Notes under the pieces: generated by a model
What the model was told of the DNA's origin: nothing
The model's database searches: none
Seen by the model: only the letters and a program-made list of their open reading frames with translations
Program-made: the position numbers and the translations under genes
Shown: piece after piece, positions 45,788 through 56,478 of the stretch
How positions within the stretch are numbered: position 1 is the first letter of the stretch
How the letters are laid out: every line of letters starts with the position of its first letter
IMG/VR virus record: IMGVR_UViG_3300022602_000026
Reading direction: 5' to 3' (one strand)
Origin: a virus
Lineage: Duplodnaviria; Caudoviricetes
Length of the DNA: 64,000 nt

Positions 45788-46801
45788 ATGTCAAGTTTTG
45801 TTCAAATTGTTTCCGGTAACTATCGTAAAAACGACTGTTCAGGTAAAGTGTTCGAGCTAGTTGAACAATATAAAACAGGCGCCAAAGGCGGTTATGTTAC
45901 TGTAAAAAATGGTGACACATTTCCCGGCTTTAGCGACACAATCCGTATTAATGTAGAGGGCCCAATGGCGTATCAATTTGTTGCAGGTGGCGAGGTAGAG
46001 AATACGGCTCCCGTAGTAGAAACAAACGAGTCAGACGAAGAAGTAATGGTTCGTATCAAAGAGCGTTTTGAGATACTAGATCAAATGGCAACGGCTGCCA
46101 CTAACGGCGACATTCGTGCTATGATTGTTAGCGGACCGCCCGGCGTAGGTAAAAGTTTTGGTGTCGAGCAAGTTGTTGAGAAGGCAGTATTATTTGACAA
46201 GATTGCTGGCAAGCGTTTACGTGCCGAGGTTGTAAAAGGTTCAGCTACCGCACTAGGTCTGTATCAAATTCTTTACAAGTATTCAGATGCCAACTCAGTT
46301 GTTGTATTTGACGACTGTGACGAGATCTTTTATGATCAAACTGCTCTTAACCTGTTAAAAGGTGCATTGGACACAGGTAAGAATCGCAAGATCAGCTGGT
46401 TGAGTGAGTCACACAGTTTACGCAGAGAAGGTATTCCGGATAGTTTTACTTTCAAAGGTGCTGTAATCTTTATCACCAACATCAACTTCACCGAGTGCAA
46501 ATCCAAAACACTCAAGCCTCACTTGGAGGCATTGCAATCTAGATGCCACTATGTTGATTTAACAATCAACAGTTTGCGTGACAAACTGTTGCGTATTAAA
46601 CAGGTTATTGCAGATGGCATGCTTGACGAGTACGACTTAGACACAGTTGCCAAGAACGAAGTTGTTGAGTTCTTGACTGCTAATGCCGCTAAATTGCGTG
46701 AAGTCATCAGTTTACGCAGTGCAATCAAGATTGCAGAATTGCGTAAAGCATTTCCTACTAAATGGGAAGGATTTGCACGTACAAGTTTATTGAAAGGCTA
46801 A
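45788..46801 (+). CDS. AAA+ ATPase
   Basis: GPPGVGKS, VVFDDCD, FITN, LQSRC. Confidence 0.9.
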   Translation: MSSFVQIVSGNYRKNDCSGKVFELVEQYKTGAKGGYVTVKNGDTFPGFSDTIRINVEGPMAYQFVAGGEVENTAPVVETNESDEEVMVRIKERFEILDQMATAATNGDIRAMIVSGPPGVGKSFGVEQVVEKAVLFDKIAGKRLRAEVVKGSATALGLYQILYKYSDANSVVVFDDCDEIFYDQTALNLLKGALDTGKNRKISWLSESHSLRREGIPDSFTFKGAVIFITNINFTECKSKTLKPHLEALQSRCHYVDLTINSLRDKLLRIKQVIADGMLDEYDLDTVAKNEVVEFLTANAAKLREVISLRSAIKIAELRKAFPTKWEGFARTSLLKG

Positions 46802-46860
46802 CTCCGAGGTCCGCAAGGGCTTCTTTACAATAAGGCAATGTCAATAAGCCCTTATTCTTT

Positions 46861-47475
46861 TTAATTTAGAGTGTGCTTACAATTAGGACCGTGCCACTTA
46901 GTGTAGTTTCCTTGAGAACACATTATATTGCAATATTCGCAGACTCTTTTGCTTTTTTCAATTCCGGCAAGAGTTTTTAATTTGTGTTCAAATGTTTGTG
47001 GCTTCTTTTTTCCGCGGTTAGCATCGGCTTTCTTTTTCTTATGCTCTTCTGATTGCGGTCCATACTTTTTACCAATTTTATTCTTTGAAATATTTTTACA
47101 ATGCTCGGGTGAATATTTTTTACCGGTTTGTGCGGCTATTGCAGACTCTCGGCGTTCCTTACGTAAAGTTTCAAATAATCTTCCAGTAATTCGAACTCTT
47201 TTCTGATAAGGATTTACTAGTGTTACCATACAATAGGCTGCAAAAGACATTTTTCGTTTTGCTACCCCAGTAGTCATTTTTCTTAGTAAAAGATGACATA
47301 CAAGATGCTCGTGTCCTGTCAATGTAGCAAGATTATCTTTAGAATCGTTGCCGCCTAAACATCTCGGGATAATATGATGTGTTTCGGTGTATACGGCGGG
47401 ATCAAGTTCCCGTGTTTTTGAACGGTTGACGATGGCATAATACCATCGGGTATACTTGTTATCTATAAATATCAT
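46861..47475 (-). CDS. HNH homing endonuclease with NUMOD3-like repeats
   Basis: ETHHIIPRCLGGNDSKDNL; GKKYSPEHCKNIS, QSEEHKKK. Confidence 0.9.
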   Translation of the reverse strand: MIFIDNKYTRWYYAIVNRSKTRELDPAVYTETHHIIPRCLGGNDSKDNLATLTGHEHLVCHLLLRKMTTGVAKRKMSFAAYCMVTLVNPYQKRVRITGRLFETLRKERRESAIAAQTGKKYSPEHCKNISKNKIGKKYGPQSEEHKKKKADANRGKKKPQTFEHKLKTLAGIEKSKRVCEYCNIMCSQGNYTKWHGPNCKHTLN

Positions 47476-47550
47476 TGCTGGTGCTCCTTAATAGCATTAG
47501 AGTGGGTGGGTATTATCAGTACCGCGACTCACATTTTTATTTATCATTCT

Positions 47551-47632
47551 TGTTGTTTTAATACAACATCCGATTTGTTCGATAATGACATTTACGCTAT
47601 AATAGAAGTATAGTAAGTAATAAGGAGCAAAT
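47551..47632 (+). promoter_or_regulatory. Early promoter cassette copy 4
   Basis: TGTTG-N8-CAACA, TATAAT, AAGGAG. Confidence 0.8.
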
Positions 47633-49635
47633 ATGTTTGAAATATGGGAGGGAGATCTATTGTTGTTTACCGTGGATACCGAATACGAAGCCGACGAAGC
47701 ACGTGAACAAGGCTTTACAGTAATACATTACATGATGGAGAGTGTAGAATGAATGAACGTCTTGAACAATTGATGTACGAGTCAGGCTTGACTGCACAAG
47801 GCAGTTGGGATGAAATGGACAGTTATGATCAAGAAGCTATACTCAAACTTGCCGAGTTGATTATTAGAGATTGTGGTCGAGCATTACATCCTGAGTTACG
47901 TGACATGATCAGTCGTGGCCAAGCACACAGATTAATTAAAGAACACTTTGGAGTTGCCAAATGAAAGACGACAAACTTGTACCCCTATTGCTTTTATGCA
48001 CAGGCATAATGGCGACTACAGTAGGCATACTATTGGTTATGTTTGGTTATTGGTTAGCAAGTGTGCTATGATTTACATTAATTTATTTTGCATATTCTTT
48101 TCGGCTTGGTGTGCTTGGTATTGCTTCGAACACGACAACCAAGGATGTGGTTGGTTTAATGTATGTGCAAGTTCAGCCAACTTGGCAGTATTACTTCATC
48201 ACTTATTATGAATCAAGAAATTTTAGGTTATCGCAAAACAGGCAAAGACACTTGGGTACCAATAGTACAACCACGTGGTGGTATGTATACTGCGGCCATG
48301 CTGACGTGTGGTGATTGCCACCGTATCATGAGTGGCTCGGGTGGCCCGGGTAATCGTAATACACTTTGCCCTACATGTTTTGACAAGTTCAAATTGGTAA
48401 ACTTTGCACAAGGTAATGATCCCGTATGATAGTATTTGTGTTAATGCTAGGGGCTCTAATGTTGTTGATGACTATTGTAGGCGATAGGCTTGCTCAATAT
48501 CGAGAAACAATAGCAAATCAACAACTTTGGATTGAGAATTTAGAACAAACTGTTGCATTTAAGTCACAGGCCATTGACCAACTTGATGTTATAATAAACA
48601 CATTGGAGCAAGAACTAAAGGAATTACGAGATGCGAGATTACACGATTGAGTGGGACGTTCGACTATGGACCTATGTGTTAATTTACAATGGTAAGACAT
48701 ATCCGTTGAATGTTAGTAGTGCGCCAGTAGCATACGAGCGGGCGCAACTTACATTGTCTAGACTCAAACGAGAAGTAGAACAAAATTAGATATTACGGAG
48801 ACAAACAATGGCAATAGTGGCAATTGTATTTTTTGAATACTGGACCGAATGGAGACATGGATAATGTTTAGCCGCAAAATAGAACTACCCCCAATCCCCG
48901 AAATCACTCCGTTAAAGGTACCACATATGGAAAATGAAAACACCGCAGTTGGCTTTATGGTGGGTATCACTACCGATGGCAGAACACAATTACGAGTTGG
49001 GTATGACACGGCATTGACACTGACAATGACCCGGGACACAGTTCGTGCACTTATTGTATTGTTGGAAGCCACACTTCCACAGGAAGAAGAATAATGGAAC
49101 TGGCCTGGCTTTGTGTGGCATTTTTAATATTGACCGGAAGTCCAGGTTGGGCATTTTTATTGGCATTTGTAATATGCGTATGCCTAAGTTAAAGGAAGAT
49201 AAATGGACTCAGATGAATTTTTAAAGGATATCCAAATTGGATTAAAAGGCGTACAAGAGTTTGAAGTACAAGTCACGGTACCTAAAGATTTTTGTTGGCC
49301 CGGATATGTGCCCTATGACATGCACGTACTACGTGATCAAGCATTTGTAACTGTGCCTGCAAAAACTGTGGAACAAGCACGTCAACTAGCCGAGGAGTAT
49401 TTCAATGGCCAACCAGACTGATTATTTTAACAACAAAGAACAACCCAAAGCCAAATTCAAATATGGCGATAGAGTATTTGGTCATAAGGAACGTGTGCCT
49501 TTTATCGGTACTGTACAACGTGAAGTTGGTGCGCTGGTTATGATTCTCACAGACTTACCTGTGGTGTTTGAGGGCAACATTTGTAATGTGTTGTCAGTTA
49601 AGCAATCGGATATTATTCGTTTAGTGGAGATGTAA
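47633..49635 (+). other. Run of small coupled early ORFs
   Basis: 47633-47752, 47749-47964 (MNER...HFGV family), 47961-48071, 48068-48211, 48208-48429, 48426-48650, 48631-48789, 48849-49094, 49203-49421, 49405-49635; several hydrophobic. Confidence 0.7.
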
Positions 49636-49636
49636 A

Positions 49637-50026
49637 ATGGGATTAGATCAATATATGTATGTCGCTACCAAAGCAGGGGCACAAGAAGAATATTATGAAG
49701 AAGTCAATGCCAATAGGACTGCTACTCCACCACGCGAAATAGCATATTATCGTAAACACCCGAATTTGCACGGCTGGATGGAAGAGTTGTATTATGCCAA
49801 GGGCGGAGACGTGGATACTTTCAATGGTGTTGAAGTAGAGTTGACTTGGCAGGATATTGACTTGTTGGAACAGGCGATACTCAACAATCAACTACCCAGC
49901 ACCACAGGATTCTTTTTTGGCAATCCCGCAGACGACTACTATCGAGAAAAGGACCTGGAGTTTGTCAAAAACGCACGTGCCGAATTGTTTGTGGGGCTGA
50001 AAGTATTTTACAATTCAAGTTGGTAA
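49637..50026 (+). CDS. Conserved phage hypothetical protein
   Basis: MGLDQY...YYRKHPNLHGWME...TTGFFFG...VFYNSSW. Confidence 0.8.
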   Translation: MGLDQYMYVATKAGAQEEYYEEVNANRTATPPREIAYYRKHPNLHGWMEELYYAKGGDVDTFNGVEVELTWQDIDLLEQAILNNQLPSTTGFFFGNPADDYYREKDLEFVKNARAELFVGLKVFYNSSW

Positions 50027-50031
50027 AAGAA

Positions 50032-50438
50032 ATGAACAAAAAAATTAAACAGATTGCTGAACAGGCTAGCAAAGACAACAGCGATGGTTATCCTGTTACA
50101 CTTGAGTATAACAAGCGTTTTGCCGAAAAGTTTGGAAAAATGATTCTCAGAGAATTTGCCTATGATTGTTTAGATATTACCGGCGGCAATGAACGCATTT
50201 TAATGGTTGCCAAAAAATGGAAGGTTGATTTATGAACGAACGAATTGGACAACTTGCCGAACAGGCTGGACTATTAGGTCCTAGTAGCCGAGTGGGAAAT
50301 TCACACCAAGCGACAGAAAGGTTTGCCGAGTTGATTGTTCGGGAATGTATGAAGGCTGCTGATGAAGGCATGGCACAAGTGACTATGAAAGTTGAATGGC
50401 CAAGTTATCATATCAAGAAACATTTTGGAGTTGAATAG
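50032..50438 (+). CDS. Two tandem small ORFs of the MNER...HFGVE family (50032-50235, 50232-50438)
   Basis: FAELIVREC and HFGVE motifs (first member divergent). Confidence 0.7.
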
Positions 50439-50520
50439 TGTTGTTTTTGCACAACACCCGATTTGCCCAGAAATGACTATTTTGCTATAATAGAAGTATA
50501 GTAAGAAACAAGGAGTTTGA
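50439..50520 (+). promoter_or_regulatory. Early promoter cassette copy 5
   Basis: Same consensus. Confidence 0.85.
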
Positions 50521-50521
50521 A

Positions 50522-51400
50522 GTGCTTGGATATTACGATTATGACATTCACGATGTGGTCAATGCTGTGTGTGCGACAGTGATCCTAATCGTACTGATTG
50601 TTATCCCTTTTGTTTTTACCTTTGGAGCATAAAATGAACGAACGAATTGACAAACTGTTTGGACAGGCTATGGATCAAGTTGTACCAGAAACTTGGACTA
50701 CACTGACCCATTCTCAGTTATCAATACTAAAGGACAAGTTCGCCGAGTTGATTGTTCAGGAATGCTTAACTTTTGTCAGACCAAACAGTTATTTTCAAGC
50801 ATACCCAGAAAACATGATTGGTGGCGAGGATGGTGTTAAACTTTTACAAACCATTACGAATCAGATTGAAGAACATTTTGGAGTTGAAGAATGAATGAAC
50901 GAATTAAAGGACTGGCCAAAAAGGCTGGCATAAATCTAACACCTGCTCAATTTTCAGGTGTACTAGAGGACGAAGTTGATGAATTTACGCTGGAAGATTT
51001 TGCCAAGTTGCTGATTCAGGAATGTGCTGGTCGGGTAGATAACATCTTGCGTGAACGGAAAGATGGTGGCGGGACTATGGGTGATGATATTAGAGAACAT
51101 TTTGGATTACGAGAATGAACCTAACAAATTTCCAAGATGACTTCACGAGAATTAGAAACACCCCAGACCAATACCGGCCCGAAGTTGAGCATAGAGAATT
51201 AAAACAAGTAAAGGTTGGTACATGGTTGTTTGGCCTGTTACCCGTTTACAGATACGAATTTACCCCTTGGGAAAAGCACAGGCATGAATGAATTCGATTG
51301 GGGACCGGTCATTGGCACCGCAATCGCTATTGCGGGCATGTTGTTCACCCTAGCGTTGGGTTACGTTATTGGCTACAGTGATGCCCGGGAGGGCAAATAA
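50522..51400 (+). other. Small early ORFs
   Basis: 50522-50632 (TM peptide, GTG start), 50634-50894 and 50891-51118 (HFGVE family), 51115-51291, 51284-51400 (TM). Confidence 0.7.
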
Positions 51401-51403
51401 TAG

Positions 51404-51487
51404 TGTTGTTTTGACGCAACACCCGAATTTGCTCAGAAATGATGTTTTTGCTATAATAGAAGTATAGTAAGAAACAAGGAGCAGACG
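51404..51487 (+). promoter_or_regulatory. Early promoter cassette copy 6
   Basis: Same consensus. Confidence 0.85.
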
Positions 51488-51685
51488 ATGTCAATTATTA
51501 AAGCAACGAGTTACGGTGAAATTGGTGTTGACCCTGAAGCCAGTCCAGGAAATGGACAGTTCTATGCTAAGACCTACGATGGAGAACTTGATGCTTGTGG
51601 TTATGAAACTGCTGAGGAAGCATGGGCCGAACTTGAGTATGTGGCTTGTGGAATTGTAGATGCTGTATTGGGAGAAGAATATTGA
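51488..51685 (+). CDS. Small acidic early protein
   Basis: 65 aa behind cassette RBS. Confidence 0.75.
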   Translation: MSIIKATSYGEIGVDPEASPGNGQFYAKTYDGELDACGYETAEEAWAELEYVACGIVDAVLGEEY

Positions 51686-51821
51686 AAGTTTATATTGTCT
51701 TCCGCAACGACCGGATTGATTCTGTATTCCCGACAGAAGAACAGGCCCAAGCACACATCAAAAGCACCAAGGGTTGGAATCTTTGGAAAATTGTTGAAAA
51801 ACAAGTTGAAGGAACATTGAT

Positions 51822-52097
51822 ATGAACATCTACACCGTGCGAGACAATTTAATCCAGACTATTGAAGGCAAGGAAGATCAACTTGCTAAAATGTTTGAGG
51901 ACATTGCCAAGTATAAGCAGGATCAGCACTATACCACTGCCGCATTTGCCTTAGTCCGGATGCTTGAAATTAACATTGACGAACTCAAACGGATCCTAAG
52001 GGATGTGAGAATCTGTTGTGACCAAGCAACAGAAGCCAGTCTTGTGCCGTTGACAGACAGGGTGGTACAATTGAAAAAACATTTTGGAGTTGAATAA
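51822..52097 (+). CDS. Coiled-coil hypothetical protein ending in HFGVE
   Basis: 91 aa, AAGGA RBS. Confidence 0.75.
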   Translation: MNIYTVRDNLIQTIEGKEDQLAKMFEDIAKYKQDQHYTTAAFALVRMLEINIDELKRILRDVRICCDQATEASLVPLTDRVVQLKKHFGVE

Positions 52098-52573
52098 TGA
52101 CCCCAAAAATTAAACAACTAGCAGAAAAGGCCCATCTTCACGTGTTTATCAATCCGGATGGCAGTCTTCCTCCCGAACTGGCCAAGTTCGCTGAGTTGAT
52201 TGTTCAGGCCTGTGCTGATATAGCCGATAATAGACCTTCGGTGCTCATTGGTAAAACAACAGGCGATTTAATAAAAGAACATTTTGGAGTTCACGCTATG
52301 AATTATCGCGTCGTGGAGCATGATGCTGAACACAACATCGTGTACTTAGAGGATACTAGTGGTCCCAATGAACGTACCATAACAAACGATGCTGAAAGGG
52401 TCATGCGAGACATATTTCGGGACTATGGATCAAGAGTACTCATAGTGTATCGAGATACCAATAACGAGTGGTGGCAGATGCGTTTGAAGATATCAGGGCC
52501 CTATGATGAGCATGAGGACATAGTGTTTGAACCCTGGAACGGGCTAGCATGGGACATATTAAAAAGGAAATAA
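52097..52573 (+). CDS. HFGV-family module read through into a second domain
   Basis: HFGV-HA-MNYRVVEHD junction. Confidence 0.65.
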   Translation: MTPKIKQLAEKAHLHVFINPDGSLPPELAKFAELIVQACADIADNRPSVLIGKTTGDLIKEHFGVHAMNYRVVEHDAEHNIVYLEDTSGPNERTITNDAERVMRDIFRDYGSRVLIVYRDTNNEWWQMRLKISGPYDEHEDIVFEPWNGLAWDILKRK

Positions 52574-52574
52574 A

Positions 52575-52796
52575 ATGTCAAAAACAGTGTATAAAGAAGT
52601 TGAAATTGATGTTGAATTAACGGACTTTGATGATGATGACTTACTGGAAGAAATGGAATCACGCGGTCTTGTTGTCAGCACCTATGGTGATACTAAACAA
52701 CTACTGGAAACAATTTGGCTAAAGCGTAGACAAGGTCAAGCATTTGATACTGAATTGGATCAATTAATCTATGCCGCATTGGGTAAAGTCGTATGA
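52575..52796 (+). CDS. Small acidic hypothetical protein
   Basis: 73 aa, AAGGA RBS. Confidence 0.75.
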   Translation: MSKTVYKEVEIDVELTDFDDDDLLEEMESRGLVVSTYGDTKQLLETIWLKRRQGQAFDTELDQLIYAALGKVV

Positions 52797-53290
52797 ACAT
52801 TTATCTAGACATGGATGACGTTGTAGCCGACTGGATGGGCGAAGCACGACGTTTGGTGCAACGCAATTGGAACTATGGCGAACGTATTCCGGATAGTGAT
52901 TGGAACAAAGTCAAAGCCAAGGAACGTTTCTATAGAGACCTGCCCGTAAAAGAAGGTGCAGAAGAATTGGTGCAATGGTGTAGAGCGTATGCTAACAAAC
53001 ATCCTGAAACCAAATTGGCCTTCTTGACTGCGCTGCCACATGACTACAGTGTGCCCTGGGCCGCAAGTGACAAAGTGTTTTGGGCCGATAGACATTTTCC
53101 CGGCATACCTGTTTTCTTTGGGCCATTCAGTTTTGACAAGTACAGACATTGCCAAACCCCCAACGACATCCTAATAGATGATCGAAGTAGTAACTGTCAT
53201 GAATTTATTACGGCAGGTGGTAGGGCACACATATACCGAACGTGGACCGAATGCAAATCGTGGCTGGAAAGCACATTGGGTACGGCGTAA
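52793..53290 (+). CDS. 5'(3')-deoxyribonucleotidase-like HAD phosphatase
   Basis: IYLDMDDVVAD, FLTA, ILIDDR. Confidence 0.88.
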   Translation: MNIYLDMDDVVADWMGEARRLVQRNWNYGERIPDSDWNKVKAKERFYRDLPVKEGAEELVQWCRAYANKHPETKLAFLTALPHDYSVPWAASDKVFWADRHFPGIPVFFGPFSFDKYRHCQTPNDILIDDRSSNCHEFITAGGRAHIYRTWTECKSWLESTLGTA

Positions 53291-53295
53291 TTTTT

Positions 53296-53346
53296 GCCCC
53301 AATTGGGGCTTTTTCTTTTGACACAACTTGTAAATACTGTTATAAT
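53296..53346 (+). promoter_or_regulatory. Terminator followed by sigma70 promoter with nested TAAATA
   Basis: gcccc-aatt-ggggc + T run; TTGACA(53318)-17-TATAAT(53341). Confidence 0.85.
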
Positions 53347-53351
53347 ACACT

Positions 53352-54530
53352 ATGAACCGATACACCACAGTTGAAGATTACTTAGAAGTCATTGCAGGAA
53401 TTCGAGATCCTGTGACACTAAAAACCAAACCTCATTCTTGGCTAAATGATTTTGATCCCATAGTCAGTTTGGCACGTTATGATACCGATGTGCTAAACAG
53501 TATGAGCACAACTGCCAGTGAAGGTCGTGCACTGACAGAAAAACAAGGCGAACTAGCAGTCAAGATTGTGTTAAAGTACAAGCGACAATTGGCCGCAAAA
53601 GACGTAGATGTATCCCCAGTTGAGGAACGAGCTATGTGGCGCTTGCCGTTGCGTAAAATGGATTATACTCGCAAACTTGATGTTGTAAACGATATGTTAC
53701 AGGTTACATTTCCTTTTAACAATCAGTTAATTGAAGGACTACGTGACTTTAGAAAAGAAAGTCAAGGACATGGATCTTGGGACAAAGAAGCCAAAGTTTG
53801 GAGTTTTGCACTCACCGAATATAATCTGGTTTGGCTCTCGACCTGGGCCGATCAAAATCAATTTGACATTGGCCCAGAAGTACGTAGACTAAACAATTTA
53901 GTCAGCGAGGTTGAATCCAGCCCGTTTGCAATTGAACTAGTATTCAAAGATGATCAATTAAGCATCACCAATTGTCCCGAAAGTTTACATGAGTATATTG
54001 AAAACAACCTGGGCGGATTTGGCGCGGACAATTTGTTGCGTTTGATTGACATGAGTGCAGTATTGGGTTATACAGTCAGTCGAGCAATAGCAGATCAAGT
54101 AGTAGCCGCCAGCACTCCTCGTTTTTACAATCTTGCAGTCAGTAGAGAAGTCAAGTTAGATCCTACTGCAATTGAAGAAAATCTTACAAGTGTGCTAGAC
54201 TACGCAGATGAAATGCAACGTTGGCCAGTTGTGATCTATGAACCCGATCTCAGCGACAAACTGTTTGAAAAATTTAAACAACTACGAGAAGGTGTAGTTA
54301 AAGTTCCAAGAGCTACCCCAGTGCAATCCTTAGACGCAGGATTCAAATATTATCACGTACAAGCGCCAATAACAAAAGTGCCAATACCATTACTGATCAG
54401 CAGTGCCGGTATGATGTTTGGCGGAGATAAAGCACTAATGGTTCAGAACGCAGAAAAGGTTGTTTACTGTGCTGCAGAAGTGTATAATAAGAAAATAGAA
54501 ACTAAGGTAGAAAAACTTGCAGACTTGTAA
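53352..54530 (+). CDS. Conserved hypothetical protein upstream of helicase
   Basis: 392-aa ORF coupled to uvsW. Confidence 0.75.
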   Translation: MNRYTTVEDYLEVIAGIRDPVTLKTKPHSWLNDFDPIVSLARYDTDVLNSMSTTASEGRALTEKQGELAVKIVLKYKRQLAAKDVDVSPVEERAMWRLPLRKMDYTRKLDVVNDMLQVTFPFNNQLIEGLRDFRKESQGHGSWDKEAKVWSFALTEYNLVWLSTWADQNQFDIGPEVRRLNNLVSEVESSPFAIELVFKDDQLSITNCPESLHEYIENNLGGFGADNLLRLIDMSAVLGYTVSRAIADQVVAASTPRFYNLAVSREVKLDPTAIEENLTSVLDYADEMQRWPVVIYEPDLSDKLFEKFKQLREGVVKVPRATPVQSLDAGFKYYHVQAPITKVPIPLLISSAGMMFGGDKALMVQNAEKVVYCAAEVYNKKIETKVEKLADL

Positions 54531-55977
54531 ATTAATAATACGTGACGAAGTCAACGTCAAGCTGGAAGGGCTTGATGTCAGTGTACGAAAAAAACTAGTG
54601 GACAAGTTTAAATACGAAGTTCCGGGAGCACGTTATCAGCCAGCAGTACGACTAGGACGTTGGGACGGCAAAGTCAGTTTCTTTCAATTAGGTGGTAGCA
54701 CTTATATCAATCTCTTACCCGAAATACTAGAACATCTTGAGAACTTGAATTATGATGTTGAACTAGAAGATCAGCGTGACTATACAACAAAGTTTGAATT
54801 TGACCCTATAACCGAAGATACATTTAGTGATAAGAAGTGGCCCAAAGGACATCCTCGAGCGGGCGAACCAATCTATCTACGAGATTATCAACCCGAGATC
54901 TTGAACAGATTTTTAGAAAATCGACAAAGTGTGCAAGAAGTTGCAACAGGTGCAGGTAAAACAATCATGACTGCTGCACTGAGTAAAAGTGTTGAGAAGT
55001 ATGGTCGCAGTATTGTTATTGTGCCCAACAAAAGTCTAGTAACACAAACCGAAGACGACTATATCAATCTTGGGCTGGATGTAGGCGTGTACTTTGGTGA
55101 TAGAAAAGAGTACAATCGAACACATACCATATGCACTTGGCAAAGTCTAAACAACATGATGAAGATGACCAAGTCGGGCGAAGCCGAAGTCGAGATCGGA
55201 GACTTCATTGAAGGTGTTGTTTGTGTAATGGTAGACGAAGTGCATATGGCCAAAGCTGATGCGCTTAAAAGTTTGCTCACCACAGTGTTTGCACACGTGC
55301 CGATTCGCTGGGGACTTACCGGAACAATTCCCAAGGAGGAACATGCGAGGATAAGTATACTATGTAGTCTGGGACCAGTAGTTGGAAAACTTACAGCCAG
55401 TGATCTTCAAGAAGCAGGACATCTTGCAAATTGCCATGTTAATATAGTGCAACTCGTTGATCATGTTGAGTATAAAGAATACCAACAGGAATTAAAATAC
55501 TTGTTAGAGACCACAGGAAGGTTAACTTACATGCGGAATTTGATTCTTCGAGTTAACGACACAGGCAATACCTTGGTGCTGGTAGATCGAGTGGCAACAG
55601 GTAAATTATTAACAGAATATTTAGGTGATAAGGCGGTATTTGTAAGTGGAGCAACTAAAGGAACAACAAGGCAAGCAGAGTACGATGCAGTGGCGAGTGC
55701 TACTGGGAAGATTATTGTGGCGACTTACGGTGTGGCCGCAGTGGGTATTAATATCCCTCGTATTTTTAATCTGGTTCTTGTGGAACCCGGAAAGAGCTTT
55801 GTTCGCGTTATACAAAGCATTGGACGAGGTATACGAAAAGCAGAAGACAAAGACCACGTAGAAATCTGGGACATAACCAGTACCTGCAAATTTGCAAAAC
55901 GACATTTAACAGCCCGGAAAAAGTTTTATACCGAGGCCAATTACCCATTTACTATAGAAAAGGCTAACTGGCAATGA
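54517..55977 (+). CDS. uvsW: SF2 DNA helicase (UvsW-like)
   Basis: LRDYQ, ATGAGKT, DEVH, GLTGT, QSIGRGIR. Confidence 0.93.
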   Translation: MQTCKLIIRDEVNVKLEGLDVSVRKKLVDKFKYEVPGARYQPAVRLGRWDGKVSFFQLGGSTYINLLPEILEHLENLNYDVELEDQRDYTTKFEFDPITEDTFSDKKWPKGHPRAGEPIYLRDYQPEILNRFLENRQSVQEVATGAGKTIMTAALSKSVEKYGRSIVIVPNKSLVTQTEDDYINLGLDVGVYFGDRKEYNRTHTICTWQSLNNMMKMTKSGEAEVEIGDFIEGVVCVMVDEVHMAKADALKSLLTTVFAHVPIRWGLTGTIPKEEHARISILCSLGPVVGKLTASDLQEAGHLANCHVNIVQLVDHVEYKEYQQELKYLLETTGRLTYMRNLILRVNDTGNTLVLVDRVATGKLLTEYLGDKAVFVSGATKGTTRQAEYDAVASATGKIIVATYGVAAVGINIPRIFNLVLVEPGKSFVRVIQSIGRGIRKAEDKDHVEIWDITSTCKFAKRHLTARKKFYTEANYPFTIEKANWQ

Positions 55978-56477
55978 GAATACTCACCCTTGAGAATCGT
56001 AGTTATGAAATGAACGAGATTCCAAACGAAATTGAAGAACTTAATTTTTGTGTGCTAGATAATAGCAATCCACGAGAACCCGATTACTTTTACATTCCTT
56101 TAATCTTTATGGAAAGTTTTAATGCTCCGGCCTTGGTACTACGCATTGGAGAACACGTAATCAAAATGCCAGTGGATTGGCAATTGTTGATCGGGGAAAA
56201 GGAACAGGGCGATTTAGAAGTTGTGCCCTTGACCAGTATTAATGATCGAGGATTTAGTGCGTTTGCTTTTAATCCCAAAACCAGTTTTCGCCCAGATTTT
56301 TATCCAGTAGAAATAGTAGATATATATCAAGATATCAAATGGTATTTCCCCAAACTAAAACCCGGACAGATGTTGGCAGTACCACTTGAGGAAGGTGTTG
56401 ACGGACCCATGTGTGTTTACTTTGTCAAAGATATTTCGAGACAAAGTGAAGTAGTGGACTATAACAAAGTTTGGTAA
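55974..56477 (+). CDS. Conserved hypothetical protein
   Basis: 167 aa, beta-rich, ATGA-coupled. Confidence 0.75.
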   Translation: MRILTLENRSYEMNEIPNEIEELNFCVLDNSNPREPDYFYIPLIFMESFNAPALVLRIGEHVIKMPVDWQLLIGEKEQGDLEVVPLTSINDRGFSAFAFNPKTSFRPDFYPVEIVDIYQDIKWYFPKLKPGQMLAVPLEEGVDGPMCVYFVKDISRQSEVVDYNKVW

Positions 56478-56478
56478 C

